From Bdellovibrionales bacterium (lineage in GTDB: Bacteria > Bdellovibrionota > Bdellovibrionia > Bdellovibrionales > Bdellovibrionaceae): 64,000 nucleotides of DNA. Shown here piece after piece: positions 61,148-64,000 of the stretch. Made by a program: the position numbers and the translations under genes. Under the pieces are notes generated by a model, which was given only the letters and a program-made list of their open reading frames with translations, was not told where the DNA came from and made no database searches. Every line of letters starts with the position of its first letter. The first letter of the stretch is position 1. The stretch covers positions 64,001-128,000 of the forward strand of contig JANMPT010000025.1 of assembly GCA_031370005.1 (NCBI GenBank), in the 5' to 3' direction.

Positions 61148-62590
61148 TTATTTTTTCCCACCAGGTCTTGCAGAGCCCGCTCTGCTGCTGGGTGAACTCT
61201 CTATAAAGAATGCATCACCCGCATACTCGCCCTTGCAAGCTTGAGTCGCCTCGTGGTCGGCAGCCTTGAAGGCATCGTAGGTATTGGTGACTTCACTTGT
61301 TGTCCCCCGACTAGTTTCGTCAGTTGGCACCGCGCCCAAAGCCAAAATAGAGTTGGATGCGCTCTTGGATCTCGTTGAGAGGTAAGCCTGTTCATCGGTT
61401 AAGGCTTTGTTCTTTGTCTGGGTGGTTTGCTGCAAGCTTTGCAGCTCCGTAGTTGCTCGTTGGATTTTTTGTTGAAGTGCGGTTTGGGCATTGGTTAAAG
61501 TTGTTGCTTCGGCCTGCTTGGCTTGGTCTTCAGTTGCGTTCATTTGGCTGAGCTGAGTCGTTATGTTGTCAAGATCTGATTGCGCATTTCCGATTTCGTT
61601 TTGCGTGGTTTGAATTTTATTATCGGACTCCTGAATAATCTTCATGCGCCCCTGATCAAACTTAACCATACATTCTTGAAAAAGATCGTTCAGCTGTTTC
61701 TTTTTGATAGAAGCACTTTGGAATTGAGATTGAACATTGCCAGCTACGATAGCGTCGTATTTTTTTCGTTCATCACGAACTTGGGCCATGCACGTTCTAT
61801 TGGCTGCGGCTTCGGTAATTTGCGCAAGTGAGTTGTTCTTATCCATGTAAATGGTATTTATATCCTGACGTTTGCTCAATATTATTGTTTGTAATTCGCG
61901 GACTTTTTTTGCCAAATCAGAGGCTGTTTTTGCATTTTCAGTGGCGCGGTTTCGCTGATCTTCACCTGTTTTTGTTTGCAACTCTTGATAGTCTTTTTGT
62001 GCTGTAGCAATATCTTCTTGGATTTTTTTCACATCCTCAGTGAAGCTTTTATTGAGATCGGCGATATCAGTTTTATTTGTTTTAAGGTCTCTATTAATAT
62101 CTTTAAGATCGGCTTCATATTTGTCTTTTCTTTCAAAATAACCTTGGCCTGAGTATTTAGGACAGCTGCTACCAACTTTATCTTGGGGAACGCCAAGGGC
62201 TCGACTGAAGGCTCCCAATAGATCGCTATTATTCGCATATTCTTCATCTCCGCCAACATCAGCGCAGGTTTTTGCTAAAGTTTTACATGTCAAGGTCCCT
62301 TTGCCAGCACTTGTGCAGGCTTTATAAAAGTCATCCTTTTTTGACAGCGCGGTTCCTTTTGCTGAGCTGCACGAATCAGTGCTGCTTGAAGCTTGGCATT
62401 TGGTATTTACATTATTGCAGTCGCCCCAGTGATCTGTGTTAAATTTTTCATCTTTACACCTTGTAATTAAGGCTTTGTCTGCCTGGCTACAATCGGCAAA
62501 AGAGTATGAGGCAGCGCTTAAAAGCAAAAGGCTCAAAATGAATGAATTCTGGGCAAATGAACGGAGTCTAAACACTCTATTCCAATCCAT
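61148..62590 (-). CDS. Secreted Cys-rich / long coiled-coil hypothetical protein
   Basis: AGGAGG SD before ATG 62590, signal peptide ending SFA-DC, a Cys-rich head and a Q/K/T-rich coiled coil. Confidence 0.75.
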   Translation of the reverse strand: MDWNRVFRLRSFAQNSFILSLLLLSAASYSFADCSQADKALITRCKDEKFNTDHWGDCNNVNTKCQASSSTDSCSSAKGTALSKKDDFYKACTSAGKGTLTCKTLAKTCADVGGDEEYANNSDLLGAFSRALGVPQDKVGSSCPKYSGQGYFERKDKYEADLKDINRDLKTNKTDIADLNKSFTEDVKKIQEDIATAQKDYQELQTKTGEDQRNRATENAKTASDLAKKVRELQTIILSKRQDINTIYMDKNNSLAQITEAAANRTCMAQVRDERKKYDAIVAGNVQSQFQSASIKKKQLNDLFQECMVKFDQGRMKIIQESDNKIQTTQNEIGNAQSDLDNITTQLSQMNATEDQAKQAEATTLTNAQTALQQKIQRATTELQSLQQTTQTKNKALTDEQAYLSTRSKSASNSILALGAVPTDETSRGTTSEVTNTYDAFKAADHEATQACKGEYAGDAFFIESSPSSRAGSARPGGKK

Positions 62591-62766
62591 AAGAGATCCT
62601 CCTGGGTAAACTAACAAGATGCAAAATTGATTCCTTATTATGTCGGGATTTTTACTAAGATAAAAGGCTCGTCTCAATTCGATACGACCTTAGTCGAGAA
62701 GTTGATATGCTAGGACATGTTTTGTCTTTTTGATTTCTGTAGCGATAATATGCTAGGGTTTGCAAT

Positions 62767-63021
62767 ATGCAAAAAGGCTTTAATTCTGACATAACCGTTC
62801 GCGGTCAAAAGTTCCATGTACAGACTGAAGATTGGGGTATGAGAAACCCTTTTTTAGTCAGTAGAATTTTTTGTAATGGTGCGGTCATTAAAACCGTGAA
62901 AACTTCTTATGAAATCGCCCTCAAGGCTGAGACAATTCGCGAGGAAGAAGCCATCAAAATGGCACTTCGACGCCAACATACAGATATTCTCGATGTCTTA
63001 ATGGCCGGCAAAATGCCCTAA
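62767..63021 (+). CDS. Small conserved hypothetical protein
   Basis: GFNSDI...FHVQTEDWG...QH pattern. Confidence 0.7.
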   Translation: MQKGFNSDITVRGQKFHVQTEDWGMRNPFLVSRIFCNGAVIKTVKTSYEIALKAETIREEEAIKMALRRQHTDILDVLMAGKMP

Positions 63022-63092
63022 GTACTAGCCTCTTGTCGAGACTAGACCTGAGTACTCTAGGAAACAAAGCTATACTTCCCTAGAATAAAAAG

Positions 63093-63752
63093 ATGATTGA
63101 ATTTTCTCACGTTTACAAAACATATCCTGGGCCTGTCCACGCACTCAAAAATATAGATTTGCAAATTGGTAAGGGAGACTTTGTATTTCTCACGGGCCCA
63201 AGTGGCGCGGGGAAAACTTCATTGTTCAAGATGATTTCAGCCTTTGACACGTCGACCTCTGGCCTGGTGCAAGTGGCTGGCTTTGATATCAATAATTTGA
63301 GTAAAAATAAAATTGCTGAATATCGCCGTAAGATCGGTGTGGTTTTCCAAGACTTTCGCCTTCTCAAAGATCGCACAGTTTTTGAAAATGTGGCATTGCC
63401 TTTACAAATTCGTGGGGACCGCCCCTCTGTGATTCAGAGAAGAGTTCAAGAGGTTCTAGAGCAAGTAGGGCTAGTTCAAAAATACGATCAATTTCCTGAA
63501 TTCATCTCTGGAGGAGAGCAGCAAAGAACTGCTATTGCCAGAGCCATTGTTCATCAGCCCGGAGTTTTGATCGCAGATGAGCCCACCGGAAATCTCGATT
63601 TGCAACTCAGTGAGGAAATTATGGATCTATTAGAGCGAGTCTGCTCGCAAGGGACGACGGTGCTTGTCGCAACCCATGATCATGAAATGGTGAAAAGAAG
63701 AAGCAAACGAGAGGTTCAACTCAAGGATGGTCTTATTGTGGGTGATCAGTAA
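63093..63752 (+). CDS. ftsE: Cell division ATPase FtsE
   Basis: GPSGAGKT, IGVVFQDFRLL, SGGEQQR and ADEPTGNLD; followed by ftsX. Confidence 0.92.
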   Translation: MIEFSHVYKTYPGPVHALKNIDLQIGKGDFVFLTGPSGAGKTSLFKMISAFDTSTSGLVQVAGFDINNLSKNKIAEYRRKIGVVFQDFRLLKDRTVFENVALPLQIRGDRPSVIQRRVQEVLEQVGLVQKYDQFPEFISGGEQQRTAIARAIVHQPGVLIADEPTGNLDLQLSEEIMDLLERVCSQGTTVLVATHDHEMVKRRSKREVQLKDGLIVGDQ

Positions 63753-64000
63753 TGGTGCGCTCATTATTTCAGCAACGAGTTGGCAGCCTTAAAAGAAATT
63801 GGACTTTGCAATTTTCAACGCTAGTCGTAGTTACTGCGTGTTACCTTGTCGTTTGCATATCAATGTTGCTGTCACAAAATCTTCGTAAGATCCTTACCGT
63901 GTGGGGTGAAGAACTGCAAATGACGGTTTATCTTTCTGAGAACACCGAAGTAGCGGATGTCGAGTCGTTAAAAAAAACAATTGAAGCAAATCCGAATGTT
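63752..64000 (+). CDS. ftsX: Cell division permease FtsX, partial
   Basis: TAATG overlap with ftsE. Translation gives MVRSLFQQ..., a TM helix, then NLRKILTVWGEELQMTVYL; runs off the window. Confidence 0.85.
   Translation, partial: MVRSLFQQRVGSLKRNWTLQFSTLVVVTACYLVVCISMLLSQNLRKILTVWGEELQMTVYLSENTEVADVESLKKTIEANPNV

Overview
Gene-dense bacterial chromosome segment whose gene content and order point to a Bdellovibrio-like predator (Bdellovibrionota); this taxonomy is an inference. Core loci: rrf2-sufBCDS-nfuA, tolQRAB followed directly by glnE, a cyclophilin, motAB, typA, dusB, two nitroreductases, an MCP, an arginine succinyltransferase-type operon ending in mltG, bamD/hpt, PBP1A and ftsEX. 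A small accessory patch at about 50.1-56.3 kb holds a BPL_N protein, guanine deaminase, higBA, a GNAT-PilZ fusion, a SoxB-like metallophosphatase and a PilZ protein. The ORF track misses three genes: a partial ovoA at the left edge, a partial ftsX at the right edge, and a 24-aa single-TM micro-ORF. No rRNA, tRNA, CRISPR array, integrase or transposase was seen. The best candidate for an undescribed system is at 3559-4616: a secreted protein-glutaminase lacking its usual pro-region, translationally coupled to a separate small secreted protein that resembles that pro-domain. Other notable signals are a recurrent intergenic GTCTCA-N3-TGAGAC palindrome, sigma28-like promoters (two apparently leaderless), a perfect 24-bp inverted repeat that supplies a gene's stop codon, and several enzymes with degenerate active sites. 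All family calls come from motif recognition by eye; no searches were run.
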